Assembly: GCA_030295235.1 (NCBI GenBank)
Contig: AP026139.1
Coordinates: forward strand, 682,001 to 746,000
Length of the DNA: 64,000 nt
Source of the DNA: Fistulifera solaris
Taxonomy: Eukaryota
Reading direction: 5' to 3'
Shown here one piece after another: positions 25,101 to 35,796 of the stretch (positions are counted from its first letter, which is position 1; each line of letters begins with the position of its first letter). The notes beneath the pieces are model-generated. The model did not search any database, was not told the DNA's origin, and saw only the letters and a list, made by a program, of their open reading frames with translations. The position numbers and the translations under genes were made by a program.

Positions 25101-28100
25101 GAAGGCACAAAATGTGACGGATCGTCTGAAACATACCTTTCTTACAAGTTTCTAGTCGACGAAACGATTCGTGTGATGTCCACTCCGCTCCTACAGAATC
25201 TTTTGTATCACATGAGTGAAGACAACTTTGAATACGTTGAGTTGTATGCCTTAGCCTTTATTCCGCAGGCGCTATCTTGTAACGAGGGTTGGTATTCTAA
25301 CTTAAGAGATTCGTTGTATGAGAAATTTGAGAGAAACACAAGAATCAATGAACCTTTCATCGAGATCTTTTCTGACGTTTTGATATGCCTAAAAATGGAA
25401 TGCTCAGACCTAGGTAACATATCTACTGCGGGCGCTTTTCTAAAAGACCTTGTTACTGGCCTATGTGGACGTTTGGAATCCGCTGCAACAGATAAAGTCT
25501 TGGCTGGATATGCAATCACAAGTTCTAACGGAGAGCTGGAACGCATCGATCTCGATATTCATCAGATTGAGCTCTTCATGCGAACATCCTCTTACGACTT
25601 AGCTAGCGACGTTTACGCAAATGGCCGCAATATGATAATCACAGGAGCCCGTAATCTGCACTCACTTAAGGACTTTACAGATGCAATTCCATCGATGAAT
25701 ACAGGGGGTCTCTTTCAAAAGTTCAAGTCGTACTCAAACGCTGACTCCGACAGCTTTATATCAGATCAAGCACTTTCTTTACTTGAGGGAGGTGATGGTA
25801 CTCGTTATGACGGTGCATCTCGGCGCCAACTTTCTGAAGCAATGCTCCGACATTCCCAGACAACTGTCGCTCTTTTATTGTTCGTCGGCAAGATGTATGA
25901 AGCTGTAGAAAAATGTGAAGAAGCAGGCGGACAGCAGCAAGTGGACGAAGCTGCGGCCTTCTTCATAGGGTCTATGGAAGGTCGACGTACGGGTGGTGAC
26001 ATTACCAAACATGGCAAGTTGATGTATGCTCTGGCAAATGAAATGTGTTCTTTCTTTGAAGAATGTACCAACAATGAAGAAGCCAAGAGCAATGAATTTA
26101 TTCTATTCGCTTTGAATGACTTAAAACAAGCCATCACCGAAGGCAAATGCGAGCAGGCAAAATCCAAATTGAAAGAAAGCATCATTCCGAATTTGTATAC
26201 CTCTACTATACAAGGAACGTTGCTTTTTGCTGAGATCAACTCTGAGTTGCCACCACAGACAGACAATGCTACTTTGGCCGCTGGCGATATGATCGCAAAA
26301 TCAATCTTGCCAGTGGTTGCAAACATATCATCCAGCAGTGCTGCTATAATAAGTGAAAATATGGAATTCAGTCGTAGTAACAAGCCTGTCAAGGATGGCG
26401 CCGAGGCTGTCTTCGATGCAATCGCATCTGTCTTGAATTCCACTGGTATTGGATGTTCGCAAATTGGTCGCTTGGTGTTTACTCCACTTGCAGTGTTGGA
26501 GATGAAGGCGAACAGCCGGATCCCGAAACGCCAACAAATCTCGGCAATGACCTTTACGTGACTACAACATATGTTCAAGACAGAGCGGAGATTGGTCTTG
26601 ATGTAAAGGATATGCTAGACTTGTTGAGTACCGGTGATCGCGAGGATCAGGCACTCCTTGTTTATCAGGAAGGAAGGCATTCAGATGTTTATGACAGCGA
26701 GGGCAGAGGGTTGACCTTCGGTCGCTAGGCGGATTTTCCTTAAGTGCTAACACGTCTAACCCACTATACACAATGGCGGTGTATGCGCTTCGAGGTCCAA
26801 ATGGCATATATCGTGACAGGGATGCTTGGCTATATGCGGATACTGTTGTTCGAGAATCGTTATCAAAGTCCACAATTGCTGCCGAAGCAGCTGTCGCGTT
26901 GAATCTTTGGATGGAGCTGGCAAGAGAGCTTTACAGCACCTTTACGCTGTGCAAACAAAGCAAAGTGACCGATGAAGATGGGATCCATTCCATTGACGAA
27001 GCGGTTGCGTATTGGATCGGTGATGGACAAATAGCTGGCGAATCCCAGAAGGGCCATCTTCTTTATGCACTTGCCGAGAAAATGGCTGAAAATTTTGGAC
27101 TAGACGAAGCCGGACAATCTAGGACCAACGTCAACATTTTGCGCCTCTTCCATGAGGCGAAATTAGAGGTTTCCTTACCCGGAGCTTGCAAGGATAGATC
27201 TGCAATCCATCGCGTTCGTCATGTGGTAAACAAAATTCTGTCACAAATGATCCTATTAAACATTCAAGCTTTAATCCATTATCTCCGAGTCAACGACCGT
27301 GATCGAGTATGGGTATATGCACATGGTGTCATTCCATTGATCGCTGGTTGTAGTCCGGCTGCATTCGAATATCTTCGACAAGAACTTCTTGAAGATCAAT
27401 ACTCTGCGAGTGATGTTGAAAGTATCATACAGCGCATTTATTCCGTTTTCCCATGTTTCGGACTCAAATGCGATGACATCGGTAAACATTCAACAGAGAC
27501 GACCTCGTCTTGCACCGATCCGCCAGCACGAACGCCGCTAGCAGGGTACAAGCCATACAGTGATGTTTCTGAAGAATCCAAAATAGACTTGGATATTTTG
27601 GAAATGGGCATTTTGATGGAAATGGAAGCTTACGAAGCTGCCGAAGATCTATACATTTACGGAAAGCATGTTTCTTCTGCGTCTGATGGAGGTCAGACTG
27701 CGTTGAGTTTGCAGTCTCTGGCTACTCTTTCCGACCGATCAAAGGCACCAGAACTTGAAGCCTTCAAAGTATACTTCGGCGGAGACGAGAAATACGCCGA
27801 TTCTATTATCGCTCCGCTGTTTTCTAGTGGCAGCAAGTACGACAAGACCGAGCGTCGGGTTATTGCTACCGGTGTCTCCCAATACCTGGTTATGTATGCG
27901 GCTATTTTGGATTCAATGTACGAATCAAATGAAAAATGCGAATCTTCTGACAAAAGCAATGTAGATGCCGCTATCCACTCGTGGGATAAAGCTGCAGCTT
28001 ACATCACAGGTCACCTAGAGGGCTACGATGAAGACGGATTGTCGGAGGGACTTTTCTTGTGGGGCCTGGCCTCGCAAAACTGCGAAGAATTCGGCACCTG

Positions 28101-28821
28101 CTCCGACGAAACACCAGGCTCGGCTATTGTTAATGATAGAATATCCACGATTCTTTACGCAGGTCGCGGTGCTATTCTCGGCGGCAATTGCGCTGAGCTG
28201 CGCAAAGCGAGATCCCAACTTATTCCTCTACTCCAGGCACCTCTTATTCAAGCATCATTGAGCTCTCTTTCCAAGCTCAATACAAGAAACGGTGCTTCGG
28301 ACTCTTTACTTCACGCTGAAGCCCATGTGCGTTCATTGGCGATCCTTCCATCGATAGCTGAGAAGGACCGGGGAAGTGCTGATATAATCAGCAAGAACAT
28401 GGGCATTGACAACACGGCTTTGGTTGATGGCGTCCCCGCCGTAGCGTCTGCGTTCGCCTCCTCGATAAGTAAACTTGGAATTGATTGTAACAATGTTGGA
28501 CAATCGAAGACAATTAACGCGTGCACAGGCGATGTGAAAGGAATGAGCACTGGTGCAATAATTGGAATTGTGCTGGCACTTCTTGTTCCGATTATTGCAG
28601 CATACTTCATCATTAGACGCAGAGGAAGGAAAAAGTCTGAAGAGCTTACAGCATTTGTGCCTCCTAAAGGCGAGTTCAACCACGAGAGCAACGCGGATTC
28701 GGAACCGGAGCAGCCCCGGTCAGACAGCAACGGCAACAAAGGGAATAGCGAGAACCCAAATTACACTATTTCTGACGACGACGATGACGGCGTAAGCACC
28801 ACCGAGCCCGATATCGTGTGA
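22139..28821 (+). CDS. Giant (~2,200 aa) type-I membrane protein with six FEA1/low-iron-inducible-like repeats; intron 22249-22338
   Basis: Signal peptide MTFQRSIFALLAMTCLSYG; in-frame GT-AG splice; six modules with IDLD-like and D.A.A[YFW].G motifs; TM GAIIGIVLALLVPIIAAYFII then RRRGRKK; needs small indel corrections near 22380-22400, 22530, 26468 and 26710. Confidence 0.75.
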
Positions 28822-29042
28822 AAATCCTGATTTTATTGAATGTTGATAGATTCTACGACAACAGCTCAACCCTTTGAGCTCCAGAAGGATGCGTGACCCT
28901 CGGACCTAATAGCACACAAAGATTCGACGCGGTGCGCCATTGCAAAACCAGACCCAAGTATCTGCACAATCAAGTAAACGTCGCTCGTCGTCCGCGAAAG
29001 TTCTAGTAAGTATCATGTCATTATAAATAAATTATCGCACAG

Positions 29043-29855
29043 TTATAGTTTCATGTTGAGAAGAAAGTCAGGGAATGAAACATCTACCTTTCCGCTGTCC
29101 CCCGGAACGCTCAGGGGTCTCGGTAGATTGATACATGATCCATTGTTTGTCAAACCGACGACGATATTAGAACAATCGAAGCTCACACCGCCGTTCTCAC
29201 AAAATTCACACGAATTACATGGGTAATCAGCCAGACTGACTTCACACCCGCACAAACTTGCGCTTTCAGCGAAGGCACTAGTCGCATTCGACTCATTCAC
29301 GGGCTCGTCCTCTCCCAAACAAACGTCAAAACCAAAGTTCAAAGTTCCAACATTGATCGGACCGATGCTTATATCCGCGAAGAAGACATTCTTCGTCAGA
29401 TATTGATCGTCGAAGTCCACAATCACTTCGAAGCCAGGCGTTGCGCATATTCTTCGCGTTAATGGGTCACATAACTCGTCCGTGTAAATCTCAACTTTAA
29501 CTTGTCTTTCGATCAAAAGAGGGATCAGCAACATGGTTTCGCAATTGATGGATCCTGTGAACTGGTCTTCCAGCAGTTTGCATGGTCGGAGCAAATCAAA
29601 CCACCTTGGCAATAAAGATAGCTGGCCGCCATCTGCATTATCTCCGTTTGAATCGCCACCATCGTCAACAGCATCGCCGCTTTCTTTCTTGGTGCTTTTC
29701 TTTTGAGCCGACGCGTCGGGTGAATTTCGAACAATATGGTTGAGCTTCCTTGCTGCACCCCTCACTCTTGATGCAGGCATGTCGTCGACGACTCCTCTGG
29801 CGCCAACAGCGAGCGCCCATAAAAGAGCCAGCAGACGATACAGCGTGGTTCTCAT
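29043..29855 (-). CDS. Secreted cysteine-rich hypothetical protein
   Basis: Signal peptide MRTTLYRLLALLWALAVGARG; CGCEV...CNSCEFC...FDCSN cluster. Confidence 0.65.
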   Translation of the reverse strand: MRTTLYRLLALLWALAVGARGVVDDMPASRVRGAARKLNHIVRNSPDASAQKKSTKKESGDAVDDGGDSNGDNADGGQLSLLPRWFDLLRPCKLLEDQFTGSINCETMLLIPLLIERQVKVEIYTDELCDPLTRRICATPGFEVIVDFDDQYLTKNVFFADISIGPINVGTLNFGFDVCLGEDEPVNESNATSAFAESASLCGCEVSLADYPCNSCEFCENGGVSFDCSNIVVGLTNNGSCINLPRPLSVPGDSGKVDVSFPDFLLNMKL

Positions 29856-30822
29856 TGTCAAAGGTGGTGTTATAGATCGATTAAAAAATTGGTCAGGATT
29901 TTGCACGAATTTCTATCTTTGTCATGACAAGAAGATTTGTGTCTCGTGTTCCATTCTAATTGGATCTTGTGAGCACATCGGTTGGGCTTCTTTACGACAC
30001 AATGAGTAATTAGTAATAATTACTTATTGCGTTACGAGAGTGATTTTCTCGTTAGCTACAGTAGAAAATCGATTTTTAAAAAGACTCCTCGCAAGAACCT
30101 ATAACATTATTTCAGTAGGCTCCCTTTCTTGAGCCGTGCCTTGCCGCTATAGTGCGAGTACCAGATAGTGGACCCTTGGTCACAAACAAAAAATCCTTTA
30201 CAAGACAACTGCTTGTTTGAAACGTGTAAGAAAGTTATCGTTGTTCACTTTTTACGTTTTTCTTCCAAGAAATCAATCATCTCGCCATCGCCCCCCGTTC
30301 CCCAAGCATGAACCATAGTGTAACGTCTCTCAGAGAATGATGTGGCATTGTTTAAGAGACAACGAGCGACAGTGTAGCACAACCAGCCACTCCCAGTTCC
30401 TTGTTTCTCATGCTGTTATTTCGATCAGTGTTGATCGACTGCCTGGTATCCATGTCAACCTAACTGCAGTCATATCTGTGTGATGCTGTCGCATCCATTG
30501 ACTTATTAAAAGGAAACTTCTTGGACACAGTCAAATCAATATTCGATTACCGCATTCGGAAACTAAACAAGCCCAGCAACTAGCAGGTTGAAGAATTCCA
30601 TTTCGTTGTACGAGTGAATCGTGAGGGGAAACCAAACAGAAATGTGTGAAGCTGCTTTCAGGACAGTCACTCATGAAGGAAATGTAAGATAATAATAACG
30701 CAAACAGGACTTCCATGAACTAAAACTTGTCGATATGACGAACTACATTTCGCTAACGATGTCAAACATGTAATTAAATACTTTAAACAAATTAAAACTC
30801 ATTTCTAATGCAAAATTGAAAT

Positions 30823-31599
30823 CTAATGAGAAATGTACCCCTGGTTGGCGTACTCCTTCATGGCGACACCGACCGGCTTGAAAAAGAAGGGCGTCTCCTC
30901 GACAACACCCAACTTGCTAACAAATTCTTGGAAGGCAAATGCTGTGATGGCAATCATGGCAAGACGTCCATTCTTAATTTCGTTGAGCTGCAGACGGCGT
31001 TGACCTTCCGGGTCCTTAGGGTACAGTCCCAAAGGATCGAATCCCAAGTTTCCAGGAAAGTAGTCGGCTTTCTTGGCTTGCGAGAAGCCGTAGGCTTCGA
31101 TGGCGGCGGCCGCCACTAAGCATACGACCCAGTACACGGGGCTGATCTTGCCCAAGCCACCGTTGAGAACGGAGGGAGCACGGTCCGTGGCGTCGACGAT
31201 CGAAGGAGCACCGAAGGTGGAGGCGAACTTTGTGTTGAAGAGTTCAGACATGGGCCATCCGGCCGCGGCGAGCATTGCCAAACGAGCGTGCTTGATTTCG
31301 GCTTCACGGTATTTCATGAGCGAGGCGTTATCCTTAGCGAATCCGAAGGGATCGAAGCCAACATCACCGGCGAGTGTTCCATCCAAAGCGATAGGACGAG
31401 TCATGAACGGAAGAGACTCTGACATTTTGGACGGAACAGGAATCGTGGGCACGCTTTCTTCTTGTGCGACGACAGGCTGTTCATTTTCAAGGGAGTCGGC
31501 CATGGCCAAATTCGTACTCTTCAAGATAAGCGACGATTGAGGAGCGAATGCCGAGGCACTGGCAAGACAAGTGAGAGTAATGGAGGCAGAAAACTTCAT
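30823..31599 (-). CDS. Fucoxanthin-chlorophyll a/c light-harvesting protein (possibly Lhcz type), copy 1
   Basis: ASASAFAP targeting motif; GFDPFG; REAEIKHARLAM; RAPSVLNGGL; EIKNGRLAM. Confidence 0.92.
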   Translation of the reverse strand: MKFSASITLTCLASASAFAPQSSLILKSTNLAMADSLENEQPVVAQEESVPTIPVPSKMSESLPFMTRPIALDGTLAGDVGFDPFGFAKDNASLMKYREAEIKHARLAMLAAAGWPMSELFNTKFASTFGAPSIVDATDRAPSVLNGGLGKISPVYWVVCLVAAAAIEAYGFSQAKKADYFPGNLGFDPLGLYPKDPEGQRRLQLNEIKNGRLAMIAITAFAFQEFVSKLGVVEETPFFFKPVGVAMKEYANQGYISH

Positions 31600-32458
31600 G
31601 ATTCTTGAATGTAATATTAATGAATGTGAATTAACAGCTGAAAAATTATGATCAGAAGAGAAATTACCTGGTAGTGAATGGATAAGAGAGGACGACCAGA
31701 GACCAGAGCAGCTGCTGATGTGTTGAAAGATGTGATGTCTTTCGAACACATCATCCGTCAAATCGTCCTCATTAATATTTATGTAGTGTACAAGTACTCC
31801 GAAAAGGATTCCGGAGCTCCTGCGACACAAAAAAGCGTTCCATTTAGAACCCTCAATCCTATTTTGCCAGGAATGCGTCAGAAATTGGAGCTGCTTGGTT
31901 GGAAAACGAGATCGTTCGAACGCTTTTTTCCATCGGGCAACTCAAAACTTTGCAAAAGGCGCGGTTTTCGTGACGTGTATTTTTGCCGACTGAGTCATCC
32001 GGAATCCCGACACGTCAGCAAAATGTCGACTCAACTTGATTTCAGTCCCGTCCAAAATCGGCCATTATTATTATTTACCACGGAGTAGGTCTCTAGCCGA
32101 CTTTGGCATCTTGCACTTGCGGGGGAGCTTTGACCGTACTCGCCCTTCCCGCAAGCGAGGGGCTCGGCCCCCGGAGGATAGCATCAGACCGGTCAACACA
32201 CAAAAATTCTGTTTGTTCCAGAAATTCTGGAGAGGGTGTATTTCCACGTTCCGCAAGCATTTTCGACATCAATAATCGAGTGCGCTGCAAATAATAATGT
32301 ATTAAATTCAGATGTTTTATGAGATGTATATAAAATCTATCATTGATACGTTTTGATGCTGTTGGTGACCATTTTCAGGTTTTCTTGTTTCAACAACATT
32401 TTGCTCCAATGCCATTGGTGACTTTCCCTGAACGCGGTATTCTACAGACGTTTTACTG

Positions 32459-33136
32459 CTAATTTGCGAATTCTTTAATCGCCGTAACTGCGAGTTGAAA
32501 GAAGATGGAAGTCGCTCGTACAACCCCATAGTCTGTAATGTACTCTTGAAATACAAAAGCCGTGATAGCGACCATAGCGAGCCGACCATTTCGGATTTCT
32601 GCCAATTGCATGTAGCGCTGACCGGCTTCGTCTCGTGGATACAGACCCAAAGGATCAAATCCCAAGTCACCTGGCAGTGCATTTGCTGTCTTAATCCTTG
32701 ATAGTCCGTACGATTCAATCCATGACGCCGCGAGTACCCAGGCTATCCAAAAGATGGGATTGATTTTGTTTAAAGTTCCATTCAAAATGGAAGGAGCACA
32801 GCCTGTTTCGTCGACAGTCGGTGACAGATGAAAATATTCAGCAATCTTTGGATTCAAGAGTTCCGACACAGGCCACCCTACAGCGGCCAGCATTGCCAGT
32901 CGAGCGTGTTTGATTTCAGCTTGACGATATTGATAAAGTGCCGGCTTGCTTTTCGAAAATCCCAGAGGATCGAACCCTCTGTCACCTGGATAGGATCCGT
33001 CAAGAACGGAATCACGGTCCATGGAAGAAAAAGACTGAGTAGAACGCTTCCATTGCGCGGCAGGAGAATTGTGAGGGGCAAATGCTGCTTTTGAACGAAC
33101 GGCAAGGATAAGCGCGATTAAGGTAGTCAGTTTCAT
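32459..33136 (-). CDS. Light-harvesting protein, copy 2 (diverged tandem paralog)
   Basis: AAFAP; GFDPLG; RQAEIKHARLAM; APSILNG; EIRNGRLAM. Confidence 0.9.
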   Translation of the reverse strand: MKLTTLIALILAVRSKAAFAPHNSPAAQWKRSTQSFSSMDRDSVLDGSYPGDRGFDPLGFSKSKPALYQYRQAEIKHARLAMLAAVGWPVSELLNPKIAEYFHLSPTVDETGCAPSILNGTLNKINPIFWIAWVLAASWIESYGLSRIKTANALPGDLGFDPLGLYPRDEAGQRYMQLAEIRNGRLAMVAITAFVFQEYITDYGVVRATSIFFQLAVTAIKEFAN

Positions 33137-33833
33137 TGTTGCTCGAGCTTTAGGAATGATTTTTGGTGTTTCTCAAAGTACTCTGTTTATCAGTTGTCGT
33201 TGTTGCTGTTGAAGTTCTTTTTATGAGACATAGAATCGCTTCGCTTCAACAAAGTTCATTTTACGAACACATTTATGCGATCGAGCCTCTTGTAGGTTCT
33301 CGAACAATTCAACTCCACAGCGTCGTTCGATTCGAACAGAAGCGCGCTCTCTTCATTTCTTCAGAATTTCATTGGGAAAAGGCGAACCTCAAGTCGTCCC
33401 GAACACATTCCAATATTTTGGTTTTATTCAATGACAAACCGCATCTCACGTGAAACATGGAGACAATCGACGAACGACGCGACGCGGAGTTCACGATGGT
33501 GTTCGGAGTTGCTCCAAAAGGTTAAGGCCTCGAACCAACAATAATCTGTTAGTACTACCGGTACCAGTACCGGTAGGAGACGTCCATGAAGGAAAACACG
33601 AGCTTCGAAATCGAAACAACAAAAATAATAATAATAATGGGCTACAACGAAGTTGATACAACGGCAAATCCAGAGCCTTAATGGAAACAGTAAAGATTCA
33701 CTTCGTAGTGAAGAACGATCACCGACATCGGAATGTGAAAACCTCGACAACCCGAAACAGCTTCTCTTTCGTTCCGTTCCCTCGTCTCTTGACATCGTTA
33801 CCTGGTGATCATTATTACAACCAACAACTCATC

Positions 33834-35536
33834 ATGCTGCTGTTGATAGTGCAGTTCCTTCTCCTCGTCGCTCGAAAGGAAGGATTCGCTTTGCTAACAG
33901 GAAGGCCATCTCGAGGGAACCATTTTTTCCCACAGAAAGAGTCACAAAGGTTGACATCTTTCTATTCTTCACTGCACTCGACAACATCGTCCTCACCATC
34001 ATGGGACGACTTTGATTATTTGCAACACTGGTATCCCGTGAGCTGGGCTTGTGACATTAAGTTGAACCGACCGACGCAGGTCAGTCTCTTTGACATGTCG
34101 TATGCTGTGGCAATCACTAAAACGAACGATACGCTTTCCGTGCTGGCCTATGAAGATCGGTGCCCCCACAGAGGTGCCGCTCTTTCGGAAGGACGTGTCA
34201 CGGAAACAGGGTATTTGCAGTGCGCTTATCACGGTTGGTCCTTTGATCAACAAGGCAAATGTGTCCAAATCCCCCAATCACCCGCGAAAAGTAGTCAATA
34301 TTCAACCCGTGCGTGTGCCAACGCTGTTCCAGCCATCCTTCATCAAGGTCTAGTATGGCTCTGGCCAGGTCCTGTGATCAATAATGACGTGACTTTGCTT
34401 CCCTCGCCTCCTTCAGTCCCCGAAATGGACGATCCGGCGTTCAAAGTGACACGGACGGTGCGGGATTTCCCTTGCATTGATTGGACTCTGTTGTTGAGCA
34501 ATATCATGGATCCGGATCATGGAATGTTTGCACACCAAGCTTCGGCGTTTGACATGTACTCGGCTTCTCCGGAATTTCAAATGCAAGTGGAGCAATCTTT
34601 TGACAGTGCGGGTTGGCAGATGGTTTGCAAAGTTCCAGCGCAAGAGAAATTGCGAAACAAAGATCGTATTTTACGCGGTCTTGGCACCAAAGCAATGCCC
34701 ACGAAAATCACTGGGGTAACCGCGTTTCATGCTCCCACGCATGTGACTATTTCACGACGGAATGAACAAGGAGAGACATCGTTCGTTACGGCTTTTTGGG
34801 TGTGTCCAACGGGAACTGGTCGTAGTCGATTCTTTTCCGCCGCCGTCGGCAAATTGCCGTTTCTACCACCCCGATGGTTATTTCATGCTTTATCGAATCA
34901 ATTTCTCGACCAAGACACCGTGCTTGTTGCATCACAGCAACCACCCGTTCTATTGGCAGAGGTCAAGTGCTTGGAAGAGAACAAACAGTCGATGCGACAA
35001 GGCTCCGCAAAAGTGGGAGCCCGCACGAATTTGTTTGTGTACCAAAGTCCCACCGATCGATTGGTGCGACTAATTGGTAAGTATCGATGTTTGTCTTTTC
35101 TAATCCTGTCATTGACAGTCCGTCTCATTGCCTCCAAGATACCTTTTGGGATGCTACTCTGGCCAAGGCGCCACGTCGATCGGAAACGTTACTGTCCATG
35201 AAAGCGACTGGGCTGTTAAAATTCATTCCTCCACGACATGTAGTCTTAGATAGGCAAGAACAACACCTCGATATTTGTCCTGACTCACAGGATACGGTGC
35301 GCAATTGTGAGTTCATCAAACGAACAAGCTTAGTCGTGACGGCAGCTTGGGTTTTACGTACATTTCTGAACAAGAACGTAAACGCCCGAATGTTTTGGTG
35401 GATTCCAGTTTTGTTCTCTGGCGCGGGTTGGTCGGCCGAATGGATTCGAAAGCAATTTTATTACAACCACCCGGAAGCAAACCGTGATAGAGATCTGAAA
35501 AACATTCCTAAGAAAATGTGGTTGGATCCAAAATGA
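33834..35536 (+). CDS. Rieske non-heme iron oxygenase (PAO/TIC55/PTC52 family); intron 35077-35138
   Basis: CPHRGA...CAYHGW Rieske motif; N..DPDH...H iron site; C-terminal HLDICPD; hydrophobic leader. Confidence 0.88.
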
Positions 35537-35796
35537 ATCTCCCCAGGCACTGTACAAAGAAACAATTGTAAAAGAAACGAATTGCAATTAAAGGGAAACA
35601 ATATTGTAAATGCTGCACTTGGCTCGATAGCTTCCCTCCATGGACACTCCCTTATGCGCTTACATATACTGGCACAAGGCTCACAATTACTGGCACAAGG
35701 ATCACAAACTTAACTCATTCACTTTGAACATAATGTACAGAATCTAATTGATGACAAAGCTATTGGTACATAATTGTAAATCTTCAAGATCTCTCA

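Noticed and set aside
22380..26720. Programmed ribosomal frameshifting in the large gene
   Set aside because: The breaks match the window-wide indel pattern and lack slippery heptamer plus structure
436..35536. Iron-related gene cluster (petJ, FAD2, FEA1-like, Rieske)
   Set aside because: The genes are widely spaced among unrelated genes and share no regulatory signal that I could see
35667..35707. 21-bp tandem duplication; also the (CT)n/(AG)n palindrome at 45881-45909
   Set aside because: Ordinary slippage or low-complexity sequence with no further support
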